A DNA stretch of 64,000 bases from Veleropilina oligotropha (Eukaryota). The notes under the pieces were generated by a model. The model was not told the origin of the DNA and ran no database searches. It saw nothing but the letters and a program-made list of their open reading frames with translations. The position numbers and the translations under genes were made by a program. Positions 25,230 through 37,526 of the stretch are shown piece after piece. The first letter of the stretch is position 1, and each line of letters starts with the position of its first letter. The stretch covers positions 1 to 64,000 of the forward strand of contig JBEUKZ010000016.1 in assembly GCA_048128005.1 (NCBI GenBank). The letters run 5' to 3'.

Positions 25230-26140
25230 ACAAGTTTATCGAGTTTTTATCGTCGCTCTTCGACCGCGGTATGTCAGTGTCCGCCGTCAAAGGTTATCGG
25301 GCAACGATCGCGACCACGCTAAAGCAGTGTCGTGCCCATGCTGGCCTATCAAGCGACCGAACGATATCAGATTTTATACGATCTTATGAACTCGAGATAC
25401 CGACCCGAAGAATTAAGCCACCTGCTTGGAATATCGTACTTATTCTTAACGCATTACTCTTACCACCGTATGAGCCGATGTCCGAGATAACCATGAGGAA
25501 CTTGACGCACAAAACAGTTTTTCTGATCGCCTTAGCGTCGGGCAGGCGTTGTTCCGAGATTCATGCTTTCTCCTCCGAGCTAAGAGACATACGATTCCAG
25601 TCAGACGGGTCGGTGATATTGCGTCCCATTCTGGGCTTCTTAGCCAAGAACCAGCGGCCGAACGAGGACGCACCCGAGGTTGTTATTCCCAAGCTAACGC
25701 TAGTCGGAAGGCGCGACGCAGACCGCTTCAATTGCCCGGTCCGGGCGCTTCGATTCTACCTAGACAGAACCCGTGAGTTGCGACAGGGAAAATTACGTTT
25801 ATTCATTTCGTATTTGCCCACCTACACCCGCGACATTACGAGGACTACTGTTTCGCGGTGGATTTCACAAACTGTGAGAGATGTTTACATCCGTTGTGAT
25901 GACGACGACCGAACTATTTTATCGGTCCGCGCACATGAGGTCCGGGCCATTGCAGCGTCTGTAGCCTTCCGCCATAATCTAAATATCAATGCGTTACTAC
26001 AGGCCGGATATTGGAAAAACGCTAACGTGTTTGTCAAACATTATCTGCGCGACTACTCAACCGGGGCTGATGGCCTAAGCAGTTTGCACTGTGTTGCTGC
26101 TCAACGGGTTATTGTTAGACCGAGGTCTTCTAATCAGTAA
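23156..26140 (+). CDS. DIRS tyrosine recombinase ORF, overlapping the RT ORF
   Basis: C-terminal ASGRRCSEI, CPVRAL, AHEVRA and W...F.KHY catalytic motifs; same frame as ORF1. Confidence 0.92.
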   Translation, partial: GCRHSRRPQLPAPAGGSVPVSTQPALARADRQQLGPLSRECRIQVGIQPASDPNRGTTNKTRSPPKRRKTSGLRPGSAGFAPKKSDISRAAQHTRILQPFLPGPETRWPLETDPRSLVPKPISSYREIPARNPLEDSSGHPSGRLGSVYRSRRRVSACPDAYHGSSVPSVYTRGDDLPIQVPTVRSIVSPVRLHENSTGPGGLPTLSRAQGTYVPRRLADPRGVPRSVPPVYELYPVIDEAPGISDQRDKILLRALDDVYVPRSRLRYGPVHREADPEAYAEPTRGYPRHPVIGHNYGATTGHCPGAHRVGSAPATDGSHGQKTVTTGFQGSLDTTDGAVEGSHRSTALVYRHDSSVVEPRFAGPVGSYIPTRAERLPVHRRFERRLGWSPRQLRDIRPMADRPSGTTYQLPRVRSRLPVSTVPLVTSPQQAYNARHGQHDCRRLHTAPGRYTLASPMRPSNRPTPLSDVPQLDDSSPTHPGKAECQSGFALSEITDNTHRVDATQPSSSGCLPPVVATPSRLVCNRIQLPTTSVCLPVPRPGRPGGRRNVNDMGESVRVCLPPDVHSITGITEGSDRTLRDNANSAPLSHATLVSDPPRSDRRSTVSVTAETRPVNATTHPCTPRVAEPLTFTRLAVIERSLAKKGFSKATALRIYRSRRISTTKVYDYRWVKYVDWCHSRQINILRPPVNKFIEFLSSLFDRGMSVSAVKGYRATIATTLKQCRAHAGLSSDRTISDFIRSYELEIPTRRIKPPAWNIVLILNALLLPPYEPMSEITMRNLTHKTVFLIALASGRRCSEIHAFSSELRDIRFQSDGSVILRPILGFLAKNQRPNEDAPEVVIPKLTLVGRRDADRFNCPVRALRFYLDRTRELRQGKLRLFISYLPTYTRDITRTTVSRWISQTVRDVYIRCDDDDRTILSVRAHEVRAIAASVAFRHNLNINALLQAGYWKNANVFVKHYLRDYSTGADGLSSLHCVAAQRVIVRPRSSNQ

Positions 26141-26979
26141 GTAGCCTATTGTTCTCTGATTGATCATTTGCATATTTACTGACGCCATTTTATTTTCGTT
26201 GGCCAAACGGTGCTATGTAATTAACACCTATGGGGCAGTTCAATGTCTGTTCATTTCTTAAATCTAATTTAAGATTTTGTACTTCTCATGTCAGACTGAG
26301 TGTTGACATAAGCCAGATCACATTGAATTTAATAAAACAACTTTGATAATTTTGCACAAATCTTAAAAAGATTAGGGTTCAATATTATTATGTTCTTTGC
26401 TGTAATCGAACATACGATGTTCAATACATTTAAAATGTTGATTCCTTAACATTTATTTTTAAGTAACATGTCGAACATTTTTGCTTCCTTAAAATTTATT
26501 TTAAGTGACATGTCGTCCATGTTAGCGTTCGCAAGTTGGTCATGCGAACTACTTATTAATATCGATTATTATATAATCTATTAATTCTTTGCTTTTGATT
26601 TTAAAGCTTTCACAACCTGTTAGGTTCCGTGTGCTTACAAATCCGACTGCATCCTCTGGCTACCGGCCTATAGGCCCGGAGTCCCATTTGGCTGCCACTG
26701 GTCCATGACACGTAAGACCTACAGGGATTTATCCTTCCGGCCGTGCCAGGGGCTGATTGCACTTCCGTTCACCTCGTCCGACTAACACCACGGCGTATCC
26801 TCCCGGTAACACTGGTCGAAATTCTCGCCTGGTAAGAGTAGAATATAATACTCAGTAAAAATTCCACTCTAGGCGGACACACTCGACGCTTCATGCTGAT
26901 CGAATTGGTGAAAAGTAAGTCATTATCTTGTTTGGGTTTGTTGTAAGGAACGTCTTACCCACCTATCCAAGGTTATTCT

Positions 26980-27070
26980 GGCAAGAGTAAGGACGTAAGT
27001 ATGTTTGTAACTATATATGAGGTTTTAATGTAAACCTAATATTAGTATAAAACATACTTACGTCCTTACA
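26980..27070. other. DIRS internal complementary region (ICR)
   Basis: Reverse complement of the left end (...gtaactatatat) fused to the reverse complement of the right end (gaggttttaatg...). Confidence 0.9.
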
Positions 27071-27699
27071 CGATTACCCACCCTGCGTTTCGCATTCCTC
27101 CCCTCTACTACGTTCCTTTGTGGTTTTTGAACTTTGAATTGATGTCATGTGACTTCTATTGTTCAGAAGTCTCACGAGACTTGGCGAAGTCTCGCTAGGG
27201 AACGTGGGGGGTAGGAGCAGGGGAGGTAACCGTGTGCTTTTTTGGCTTATAACGGTGCATTATGGGACATATTCACCATTTCCGGTTTGGGCGATAATAT
27301 ACTATTATGGCAAGAGTAAGGACGTAAGTATGTTTTATACTAATATTAGGTTTACATTAAAACCTCATTTACAATCGCAACGGCATCGTACACATGATCG
27401 TGGTCCACCTGTCGTAGCGCACCGTAGTGATACCTGGTGCCACCATGGAGAAGCACGAAATTTTGGAATGTTAAAAAAACTTGCTCTAGAGTAATTGTCG
27501 TTAAAAGCGTGAACGACCGCATCAGCATCATATGAGAGTCGTGACGCTGTCGCGGCCAGTCGTGGCAGCGTCTTGTTCATTCGTACTCAGTAGTACACAC
27601 CTACAGAAAGGAAAGACTTCGCTAATGTGCTGATACGGTACTGCGACCTAGCACGACTTGAACAATACACCACCAACAACGTATTTTTTTAACACATGA

Positions 27700-28810
27700 C
27701 CTATGCAGATGTGCTGCGGTTCTTGCGTCTGCAATCCAAAAGGCTGTCGTCATCCCGCCAGGTACCAGGGACATGGATCACCTCATGGGTGTCGGAGTCT
27801 TCGATGTCCATCATCTGTACAGCCTGACGTGGATATCTCATTGCAATGGGGGTATGCATCAAATAACATGCCATCATGTTGCTTTTCACGCTATGCGGGT
27901 TTGCATGCTAGTGAAGAGGCATCTGACCGGGTGAGCTCATATGCCGAATGCGTTTTCTACCATTCTGTGTGCCATGTACAGCATGTAGTTAAATATTCTT
28001 TGTTCTTTGGTCATGTGTCGAATGGGGTAGGGTTTCGTGAGCCAACGACGAAGCCCAAAAGCGTAATCACCCACCAAAGCGTAGTGAATGGGCGGATGTT
28101 CATTTGGTAGTGGTTCAGCTTCCGGAGGAGAAGCAGTGCGTTGTTCAAGTGCCTAATTAATCCAGAGTCTTTAAATATGGCAGTATCTAGGCATGTTCCA
28201 TTTGCCCCAACGTCTATAGAGGAACGTATAATCTGCGTCGACAATGGCGAGTAGCAAGATGTAATGAAACCCCTTATAGCTGTAATACAGGGATCCTGAG
28301 GATGGTGGACAGCGGATGGTCACATGCTTCCCATCAATGGCTTTAACAGTGCTATGGAAGTTCCATCTATGCCTATTGGAAAATTTGTCAGCTACCTCCT
28401 TTCATTCCTCCGGGGTGCTTGGACATTTCATAACTTCTTAGCACATTTCAAGGGTTTCAGGGATGTTTTTGCTTATCGTGTTGTGTGCCACCAGAAACAC
28501 ACACTGAAGACTTTCATATGAACCCCTCCATTGCCATGTAGCACAGACTGCATACCTGGATCTAGGCAGTTGCGCTTATTTATCCGTCTGTATATGAAGA
28601 CCGACGCATTCCACCAACTCATTGAACAGTTTATTGGCCAGACGGAGAAAGTTCTTGTAACCTTGTGGATCTTCTCGCTTTAATTCCAGTAGAAGGTGTT
28701 CGTACTGACCAAATAATGGACACCGCATTATACATGGCTTCTCCCAAACTCCTTTGCCTTCGACGTATACACCGATCTCTACCTCTGACAACCAGAGCTA
28801 AAGCAGCCAA
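27700..28810 (-). pseudogene. PIF/Harbinger transposase remnant
   Basis: GQYEHLLLELKREDPQGYKNFLR, AIDGKHV.IRCP..SGSLYY.YKGF and DVGANG motifs with stops and frameshifts; probable terminus agcccctttcccaca at ~19844 on the other side of the DIRS. Confidence 0.85.
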
Positions 28811-29637
28811 CATATATGAGGCGAAATTAATGTGTTTCCGTCAACAGTGTATGATTGTTGACCAAAATAAGTATTAATGTACATAAGCTTTATCCACCAC
28901 GGTTAAAAGTAACACCATGGACATTTCTTGTTTTACTACTTCACTTACGCAATGAATTATTTGCCAATTTGTTTAAGTAAGTTTTGGAGTTTGTACATTT
29001 TGTTATTCCTAAGTTTGGCCTATTATAAATAATTAGAGATGATCCTTTACAGATCCGATCGACCATAAGATTAGGACAGAAACGAGTATTTTTGGACAGC
29101 ATTGGTTGAGGTGGTGGTCGTAGAAATATAAATGCTATGGTACGGTTGAATGAGATCTTTTGATACTGTGTGACCTTATTTGACAAGAATATTGTCTTGG
29201 TTTGATTTAAATCGATGCTTAATATCCTGTTTTAACAACTTTCAGGTTTATATCTTTTCTGACCGTAGAGCGCACACAAAGCTGCTTTCAGCAAAAGTAA
29301 ATTAGTTATTATACCCTTATTCGGAGGTGGCCGCTTGGACAGTCGTATGGAAAATCACTGGCTTGATTCCGCTGACGCGAACAGTTGTTGGCTCATACCT
29401 CGGCAGGGACATCACACATTTGTTCAAGTTATGAATCACAGTTGTCCGTAACTGGTCGGAGAGGGTGTGTTTCTCCCTATTTATTATTGTATGTCTGTAT
29501 TCGCATAATTATAAAAGTATTGATCCTATTTAATATAAATTTTACATGGAATAAGGTGTAACAGATAGGCGCAATCTTCGGTTTGGACATTGCTGAGAAA
29601 ACGCTTCAAAATTTGATACATGGTACATAAATGTTTT

Positions 29638-29718
29638 CGCTGTGGGCACGGTTCGAACCTGCACGGGATATCTCATTGGATTTCAAGTCTAACACCTTAA
29701 TAACTCGTCCATCACAGC
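29638..29718 (-). pseudogene. tRNA-Ser(TGA) pseudogene
   Basis: Aligns to the intact copies with many stem mismatches. Confidence 0.8.
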
Positions 29719-30724
29719 TTCCTTAACTTGAATCAATGGCGATCACTATTTTTAGAAAAGTTGATCAAATGTGCTCTCTCCAGTCATAGAAGTTCTAAAA
29801 GAACATCCTCTACAAAGACCATCGCCATTACTCGCCAAGTGGCAAACTGCGTTAAGGAGAAAGGCCGAGAAACTCCCCATTCTTGAAAAAAGAATGGAGC
29901 GTAGCCCCGAAGAGATCGAGGCTCATAATTTTCCAGGCATGGAGAGTTTCGATGCTTTTTCCCCGACTTAAAACACAGACACAATGTTGACTATTTCTTG
30001 TTAGGGTAATTCATTTACTGAACTGTCCATTATCAAGTGTATGAGTTTTTAAATTTAAATATAAATTCTGGTTTATATACATTACGTTTAATTCACCTCC
30101 TTTTGTGAATTATGGTACGTTCACATTTGGATACCGGAATAGACATTAGTATAGTATCTGTATTATCGCCGGTTGGCTGTTCAGGCTGCAGCTATTTATC
30201 GCGGTTTCTTTGTGAGATAATGATTCCACAAGTACATGCTTGTGCCAGCCAGTGTTCTAAATAATATTTGTGCAATATGACCCGATTTGCACGTGTTCCA
30301 CGAGTAGTCCCATTTCACCGTGATTACGTGGCCATAATATTGAACAATTTAATTCAGTCGAAAAACAGAAGGCATTACGTTCGGATGAGAAAGCTCTTTT
30401 CCAAAAAGTAGATGATAACGACCTATTATCAGCATTTAATCGAAATCATACTTTTAAGGGTTAACCTTTCATCAGCGGCGGCCAACTTGAAACCGAGCTC
30501 GACCCTGCTACGAAGCAGGGCACAAGTCGGTCGGACTATAGTTAGGACTACATCACGTCGGGTGTGAATAGTCCCAACATAATTAAGAAATTTAGACACC
30601 CAAATGTACCCCTAACTATTCATGAAGGTATTCAGAACATACTTGACCTGTTCTAGTAAACGCAAAAAGATACACACATCAGCTACGATCAGAAAATATG
30701 TTCTTTTGGGCAGACAAAAGATGA

Positions 30725-30806
30725 CGCTGTGAGCAGGGTTCGAACCTACGCGGGCAATGCCCATTGGATTTCGAGTCCAACGCCTTAACCACTCGGCCAT
30801 CACAGC
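30725..30806 (-). tRNA. tRNA-Ser(CGA), intact
   Basis: GCTGTGATGGCCGAGTGGTTAAGGCGTTGGACTCGAAATCCAATGGGCATTGCCCGCGTAGGTTCGAACCCTGCTCACAGCG; T4 run downstream. Confidence 0.92.
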
Positions 30807-31308
30807 TTGCATGCATTGTATAAATGACTATCGCTACTTCCATAAAGCTTAGCAATTAAGCTTAGTATAATATACAAGGCGACAGGCAGTGAGAAGTCCA
30901 TTAATTTTATGAATAATTCTTGGAGAATTGATTGGGTCTCCTCGTGGACACAAATTAACTTTAACCCGTGTGGGTTTCCAATCATTAAATTAAAAATTGA
31001 CCTGAAATAAGATTTAATGTGCATGGTTACATCCCGTTGGACAAGTTCTGATAAGGATGCATGTTTCTTATAATACCATTCGACTGGAGAGTAAAGGTTT
31101 TTGTTCATTGTGAAAGGTATGCTATTTTCCAACTTCTCGGAATGGCTAGTGCACAAATTGCTGTTTTCAACAATATCAAATTAGTTATTATGTATAAGTT
31201 TCGCAATATAGGTTAATAAGATAATATCATGTTTACTTATCTATCTGAATATGAAGTTCTTTAGACTGTAGTTGGTTATAGCATATATCCGGTGTTCAGA
31301 AAAAATGT

Positions 31309-31390
31309 CGCTGTGAGCATGGTTCGAACCGGCGCGGGAATTTGCCATTGGATTTCAAGTCCAACGCCTTAACCACTCGGCCATCACAGC
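31309..31390 (-). pseudogene. tRNA-Ser(TGA), probable pseudogene
   Basis: Two T-stem mismatches relative to the intact copies. Confidence 0.78.
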
Positions 31391-32026
31391 TCACATGCAT
31401 GTTAACAATGTATATTACTATTTATACAAACATAGCAAGGCGACAGCTGGTGAGAAAAAAATTCTGACATGGAAACCACCTGAAATGTTGACGTATAAAT
31501 CATGGTAAACAATAATCGCAACGAGACAACGAAGTTGAATGACAGCGATTAACAAACGAGTGACATAACATGTGTGACGCAATTGTTTGTTATCCAGGAC
31601 GACACAATTTGCGTCTGGTCGGCATGTCTCTCGGGTGTTTACATTATTCAGTTTGGTGTGAATCAATGCTTAGGATCACATTTTAACATTCTTCGGCGTC
31701 ATACCGGGACATGCTCTTATTATTACCGTAGGAACCCCTGGAAGCCGGGGCAAAACTGCTTTCACCCGTCAGTTACGGACGACTATCTGTGACTGTTAAT
31801 TAAACAAACTGGCGAAAGGAAATGTAGAACCCGCCCTACTTCTGAAAACCAGAGCAGTCAGGCGATGAACGGGGAGCCTCACTGTTATCCGAAGTCTGTG
31901 AGGACCATATTCATCATTATGCAATACGTGTACAGTTTTACTGAGATGTTTTAAAGAAGCACTTGCACCAGCACGGATCTAAAGCGAGACAAGTGACGGC
32001 CTCCCACTTTTCTCGCGCGAGGCTTA

Positions 32027-35000
32027 GGGCCGTATTCAGAAACGCCACTTTCCCTCAAAGTGAGACTTTCAGCGTGAAGGGGTCACTTAAAGGCCGGGAA
32101 AAGTGACCCCCTGGTCGAAGATTTTGCCCAGGCTTGTGGGCGTGGCCTTAAATTGGCGGGTAAACAAGTTTTCCTGTGAAGTCTGGTGGTATTAATTGCT
32201 CTAAAAACTAAAAACCCACTTCGTAATTGGATTTTTGTTGTTTTAACCCTGTTTCAACCAATGATGTCGATGTGGTCTGATCGGTTTCCATGTCAGAAAT
32301 GAGCAGACCACTGGCTAGCCACTTTTATAGTTGCATTCCGGCCTTTAAGGTATTCAAGAACATTCATGTAAGTTTAACTTTTCGGATAGTTGAAGTATCA
32401 AATTTCCAAAGTGCTTAATCCCAAGTGATACTTACAATGCATTTTTTCATCAACACAACTTACAGCAAAGTGAACCTTTAAAAACAGGGAAAAGTGTTAC
32501 TTTCTGAACGTGTGATCGTAACCACACTTTCCTGACTAAAGTGTTACTTTTCAAGGAAAATGTATAACTGGAAACGACTACATACAATCCGTATCGTTGA
32601 ATCAACACATCCTACTAGAAATATAGAAGCCAATGATATCGAATTTTTTTACAACAAAGATATCATTTTTCAAAGGAAGGGTTTATGCATATTTTTCTTT
32701 TCAAAATACGAGTTTGTTCTTCAACAAGTATGGTACGGTAATAATTTTCTTCTCAATAGTAGAAACAATACTTTTTTGTTTTTTCTTTAATATTATGAAC
32801 AGTTATAGGGCCGTATTCAGAAACGCCACTTTCCTCTCAAAGTGAGACTTTCAGCGTGAAAGGGTAACTTAAGTTATTCAAGAACATTCATGTAAGTTTA
32901 ACATTTCGGATAGTTAAAGTATCAACTTTCCAAAGTGGTTTATCCTAAGTGATACGTACAATGCATTTCATAAACGTCACTTACAGCAAAGCGAACCTTT
33001 AAAAACAGGGAAAAGTGTTACTTTCTGAAAGTGTGATCATAACCACACTTTCCTGACTAAAGTGTTACTTTTCAAGGAAAATGTATAACTGGAAACGACT
33101 ACATACAATCCGTATCGTTGAATCAACACATCCTACTAGAAATATAGAAGCCAATGATATCGAAATTTTTTACAACAAAGATATCATTTTTCAAAGGAAG
33201 GGTTTATGCATATTTTTCTTTTCAAAATACGAGTTTGTTCTTCAACAAGTATGGTACGGTAATAATTTTCTTCTCAATAGTAGAAACAATACTTTTTTGT
33301 TTTTTCTTTAATATTATGAACAGTTATAGGGCCGTATTCAGAAACGCCCCTTTCCTCTCAAAGTGAGACTTTCAGCGTGAAAGGGTAACTTAAGTTATTC
33401 AAGAACATTCATGTAAGTTTAACATTTCGGATCGTTAAAGTATCAACTTTCCAAAGTGGTTTATCCTAAGTGATACCTACAATGCATTTCATAAACGTCA
33501 CTTACAGCAAAGCGAACCTTTAAAAACAGGGAAAAGTGTTACTTTCTGAAAGTGTGATCATAACCACACTTTCCTGACTAAAGTGTTACTTTTCAAGGAA
33601 AATGTATAACTGGAAACGACTACATACAATCCGTATCGTTGAATCAACACATCCTACTAGAAATATAGAAGCCAATGATATCGAAAATTTTTACAACAAA
33701 GATATCATTTTTCAAAGGAAGGGTTTATGCATATTTTTCTTTTCAAAATACGAGTTTGTTCTTCAACAAGTATGGTACGGTAATAATTTTCTTCTCAATA
33801 GTAGAAACAATACTTTTTTGTTTTTTCTTTAATATTATGAACAGTTATAGGGCCGTATTCAGAAACGCCCCTTTCCTCTCAAAGTGAGACTTTCAGCGTG
33901 AAAGGGTAACTTAAGTTATTCAAGAACATTCATGTAAGTTTAACATTTCGGATAGTTAAAGTATCAACTTTCCAAAGTGGTTTATCCTAAGTGATACCTA
34001 CAATGCATTTCATAAACGTCACTTACAGCAAAGCGAACCTTTAAAAACAGGGAAAAGTGTTACTTTCTGAAAGTGTGATCATAACCACACTTTCCTGACA
34101 AAAGTGTCACTTTTGAAGGAAAATGTATAACTGGAAATGATTGGAATCCTACTAGAAATATAGAAGCCAATAATATCGGAAATGAAGTCGAAATATGACC
34201 CGCTGATGAATTTTTACAAAGATATCCTTTTTCAAAGGAAGGATTTATGCATATTTTTATTCCCAAAATACCAGTTTGTTCAACAACAAGTACGGTAATA
34301 ATTTTCTTCCCAATAGTAGAAACAATACTTTTTTGTTTTTTCTTTCATATTATGAACAGTTATTGACTTTAAAGGTATGCATGCGCATACGGTCTATGTC
34401 AGCATGCATTCGAAAAGCCAATCAGCACAGCGTTGTTTGCGTCCTCGTTATGAGGATATCTATTGTCATAATTTGTAACTAGGTCGGGCCTTTCGTGATC
34501 TTAGTGCCTACGACCAGAAAGTGACACTCTGCATGTCACTTCGCTTGGCAAGGGGAACTTTCCGAAGGAAGGGCAAAGTGTCGTTCTTGAAACGTGTTCT
34601 GGTAAAGTTTAACTTTTCTTAAAAGTGCTACTACGGAAAGTGGAAGGAAAGTTCTAACTTGAAGGACGTTTATGAATACGGCCCATTGGGCCGTATTCAG
34701 AAACGCCACTTTCCCTTAAAGTGAAACTTTCAGCGTGAAAAGGGTCACTTAAGCTATTCAAGAACATTCATGTAAGCTTAACTTTTCGGATAGTTGAAGT
34801 ATCAACATTCCAAAGAGGTTAATCCCAAGTGATACTTACAATGCATTTCATAAACGTAACTTACAGCCACGTGAACTTTAAAAAACAGAGAAAAGCGTCA
34901 CTTTTCAAGGAAAATGCATAACTGGAAACGACTAAACACAATCCGTATCGTTGAATCAATACATCCTACTAGAAATAAAGAAGCCAATGATATCGAAATT

Positions 35001-35484
35001 TTTTACAACAAAGATATCGTTTTTCAAAGGAAGGATTTATGCATATTTTTTTTTTCAAAATACGAGTTTGTTCATCAACAAGTATGGTACGGTAATAATT
35101 TTCTTCTCAATAGTAGAAACAATACCTTTTTGTTTTTTTCTTTCATATTATGGACAGTTATTGACTCTAAAGGTATGCATGCGCAAATGGTCTATATATG
35201 TCAACATGCATTCGAAAAGCTAATCAGCACAGCGCAGTTTGCTTCCTCGTTATGAGGATATCTATTGTTATAATTTGTAACTAGGCCGAACCTTTCCTGA
35301 TCTTAGTGCCTACGACCAGAAAGTGACACTCTTTTGTCACTTCGCCTGGCAAAGGGCACTTTCTGAAGGGAGAGCAAAGTGTCGTTTTTGAAATGTATTT
35401 TGGTAAAGTTGAACTTTTCTTGAAAGTGCTACTACGGAAAGTGGAAGAAAAGTTTGAACTTGAGGGGTGTTTCTGAATACGGCC
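32027..35484. mobile_element. Two adjacent MITEs (32027-34684 and 34688-35484); the first has a 521-bp tandem amplification
   Basis: Terminal inverted repeats GGCCGTATTCA(G/T)AAAC; unit starts near 32027, 32808, 33329 and 33850. Confidence 0.82.
32091..32344. mobile_element. Kolobok-like MITE
   Basis: TTAA duplication, AGGCCGG termini; absent from the other 521-bp units. Confidence 0.8.
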
Positions 35485-35811
35485 ATATACCTACTTATAA
35501 AAGATTTATCTACGCGATAGTGTCGCGACATGTCGTGTTGTGTTCGAACCAGCGGCATCACCCTTATCGCGTATATATTAGATAAGGTGTTCTGTGGGTA
35601 CTGCCTCGCCCGAGAAAAGTGGGAGTCTGCCACTCATCATAGATCGGTGCAAATGCCCCTTTAAGTCTAAAATCGTGGATAATATGGAGGCGGAAGTATT
35701 GCGTTGCCGTCAAAAATGCATGACTGTTGACCAAACTAAGTATTAATTTGCGTTCGCCTTATCCACCACTGTTAAAAGTAACATCATGACCGTTTCGTAT
35801 TTTACTACAAA

Positions 35812-36266
35812 AGCCCCGTTTACACTACCAAATATAATGTGCATTAAAATAAATCGGTTTCGAACTGGTTTAAAATAATCCGACTTAATTTGCGTTCACA
35901 CGCAATTACAGATTATTTCTGTGGGTGTTAACACCTTAGAATCTTAGGTCGGCGAGAGGAATGTTTTGCCCATAAGTGCCAACAGAAACATGGCTCAACA
36001 GGTGGAAGTCACGTGCGCATGGGCGCATCGATAGAAGTATGTATATACGGCTTAAAGCGAGGCAAACCGGTTCGAAGTCACTTTGCGCGTTCACACTACA
36101 AACTGGATCGGATGAAAATATTTAAGCCAGTTTCAAACCACATCAGGAGGTGGATCATTTTAAGCCGGTTCAAGTCGACTCATTTGCGTTCACACTCGCC
36201 AAATATAATGCGCGTTAAAATAAACCGGTTTCGAACCGGCTTAAATTTGGTAGTGTGAACGGGGCT
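35812..36266. mobile_element. Harbinger-like MITE
   Basis: TIR agccccgtt(t/c)acactaccaaat at both ends. Confidence 0.8.
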
Positions 36267-36804
36267 TTAAATACGCTGCGAAATATTGTGCGTATTATTA
36301 CTGTGTGACCTTATTGTTCCTTGACACTAACATAGGATTAGTTTGAATTTTTAACAACGTTCGTGTTTATATCAGGGCAAGTCCATATTATTGAGGGAGG
36401 ACGCCCTCTTCTAATACATGTATATGACTTTTCTGATAGTTGAGCGCACATAAGGCTGCTTCCGACAAAAGTAAATTAGTTACGTCCGAACGTAAGGCAA
36501 CCGACTTAGTATGTATTATTGTATGTCTAGATTCGCCTAATTCTAAACGCATTAAACAGATTGATTCGAAATTTGTATACATGATAAAGTGTAACACTGG
36601 ATCGTTTCTCCGCGAAGGCGCCATGCGCAATCTTCAGTTTACGGATGTTTGGCTCTATATTGTTTCAACTGGTCATCATATAAAAAAATTGGCTGAAAAG
36701 TGGTCATAAAACAAAGTTACCCTCCAACTCTCGTTTGGAGGCGAGGGTAACTGGATGTAAATTTGGCATTTGCCAAGGACTTAAGCTAGTGTAATAAAAT
36801 GAAT

Positions 36805-36886
36805 CGCTGTGAGCAGGGTTCGAACATGCGCGGGAATTTCCCATTGGATTTCAATTCCAACGCCTTAACCACTCGGCCATCACAGC
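36805..36886 (-). pseudogene. tRNA-Ser(TGA), probable pseudogene
   Basis: C32>A and a T-stem mismatch relative to the intact copies. Confidence 0.78.
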
Positions 36887-37364
36887 TCGTTAACAATGTA
36901 GGCCTATATATTACTATTTCTATAAAACATATAATAGCAAGGCGACATCTGGTGAGAAACATATTTCTGAATTGGAAACCACCAGAAATGTTGACGAATA
37001 AATCAATGGGTAGGCCTAATCAATAACTGCAACGAGACAACGAAGAGGAATGACGGCGATTAACAAACGAGTGACATAACAGTGTTTGTTTTCCAGGACG
37101 ACACAATCTGGTCGGCATGTCTCTCTGGTGTTTACATTATTCAGGTTGGTGTGAATTGATGCTTATGATCTCATTTTAGCACTCTTCGGCGTCATACCGG
37201 GACATGCTCTTATTATCAACGTAGGAACCCCTGGAAGCCGGGGCAAAACCGCTTTCTCGGCCAGTTACGGTCAACTGTGACCGTAAATATTATTGAACAA
37301 AGTGGTGAAAGAAAAATTCTGACCCACACTACTTCTGTAAATCATAGCAGTCAGGCGAGTGAAC

Positions 37365-37526
37365 GGGGAGCCGCACTGTTATCCGAACTCTGGGGAACCG
37401 CACTGTTATCCGAACTCTGGGAAGCCGCACTGTTATCCGAAATCTGAGAGCCGCACTGTTATCCGAACTCTGGGGAGCCGCACTGTTATTCGAACGCTGG
37501 GGAGCCTCACTTTTATCCGAACTCTG
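37365..37526. repeat. ~27-bp minisatellite, about 6 copies
   Basis: ggggagccgcactgttatccgaactct repeated; single copy in the paralogous spacer at ~31871. Confidence 0.85.

Larger units (their letters stand above)
19897..27369 (+). mobile_element. DIRS1-like tyrosine-recombinase retrotransposon, full length
   Basis: ~205-bp inverted terminal repeats (about 19910-20115 and 27130-27336), an internal complementary region, and three long intact ORFs. Confidence 0.95.
31955..35660. mobile_element. TTAA-flanked element hosting nested MITEs
   Basis: ttaa-agaagcacttgcacc...cccacttttctcg at left; cgagaaaagtggg...ggtgcaaatgcccct-ttaa at right. Confidence 0.6.

Noticed and set aside
32560..35255. Repeated 70-113 aa ORFs (also those at 5648-6438)
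   Set aside because: They arise from tandem repeat units and have no recognisable domain
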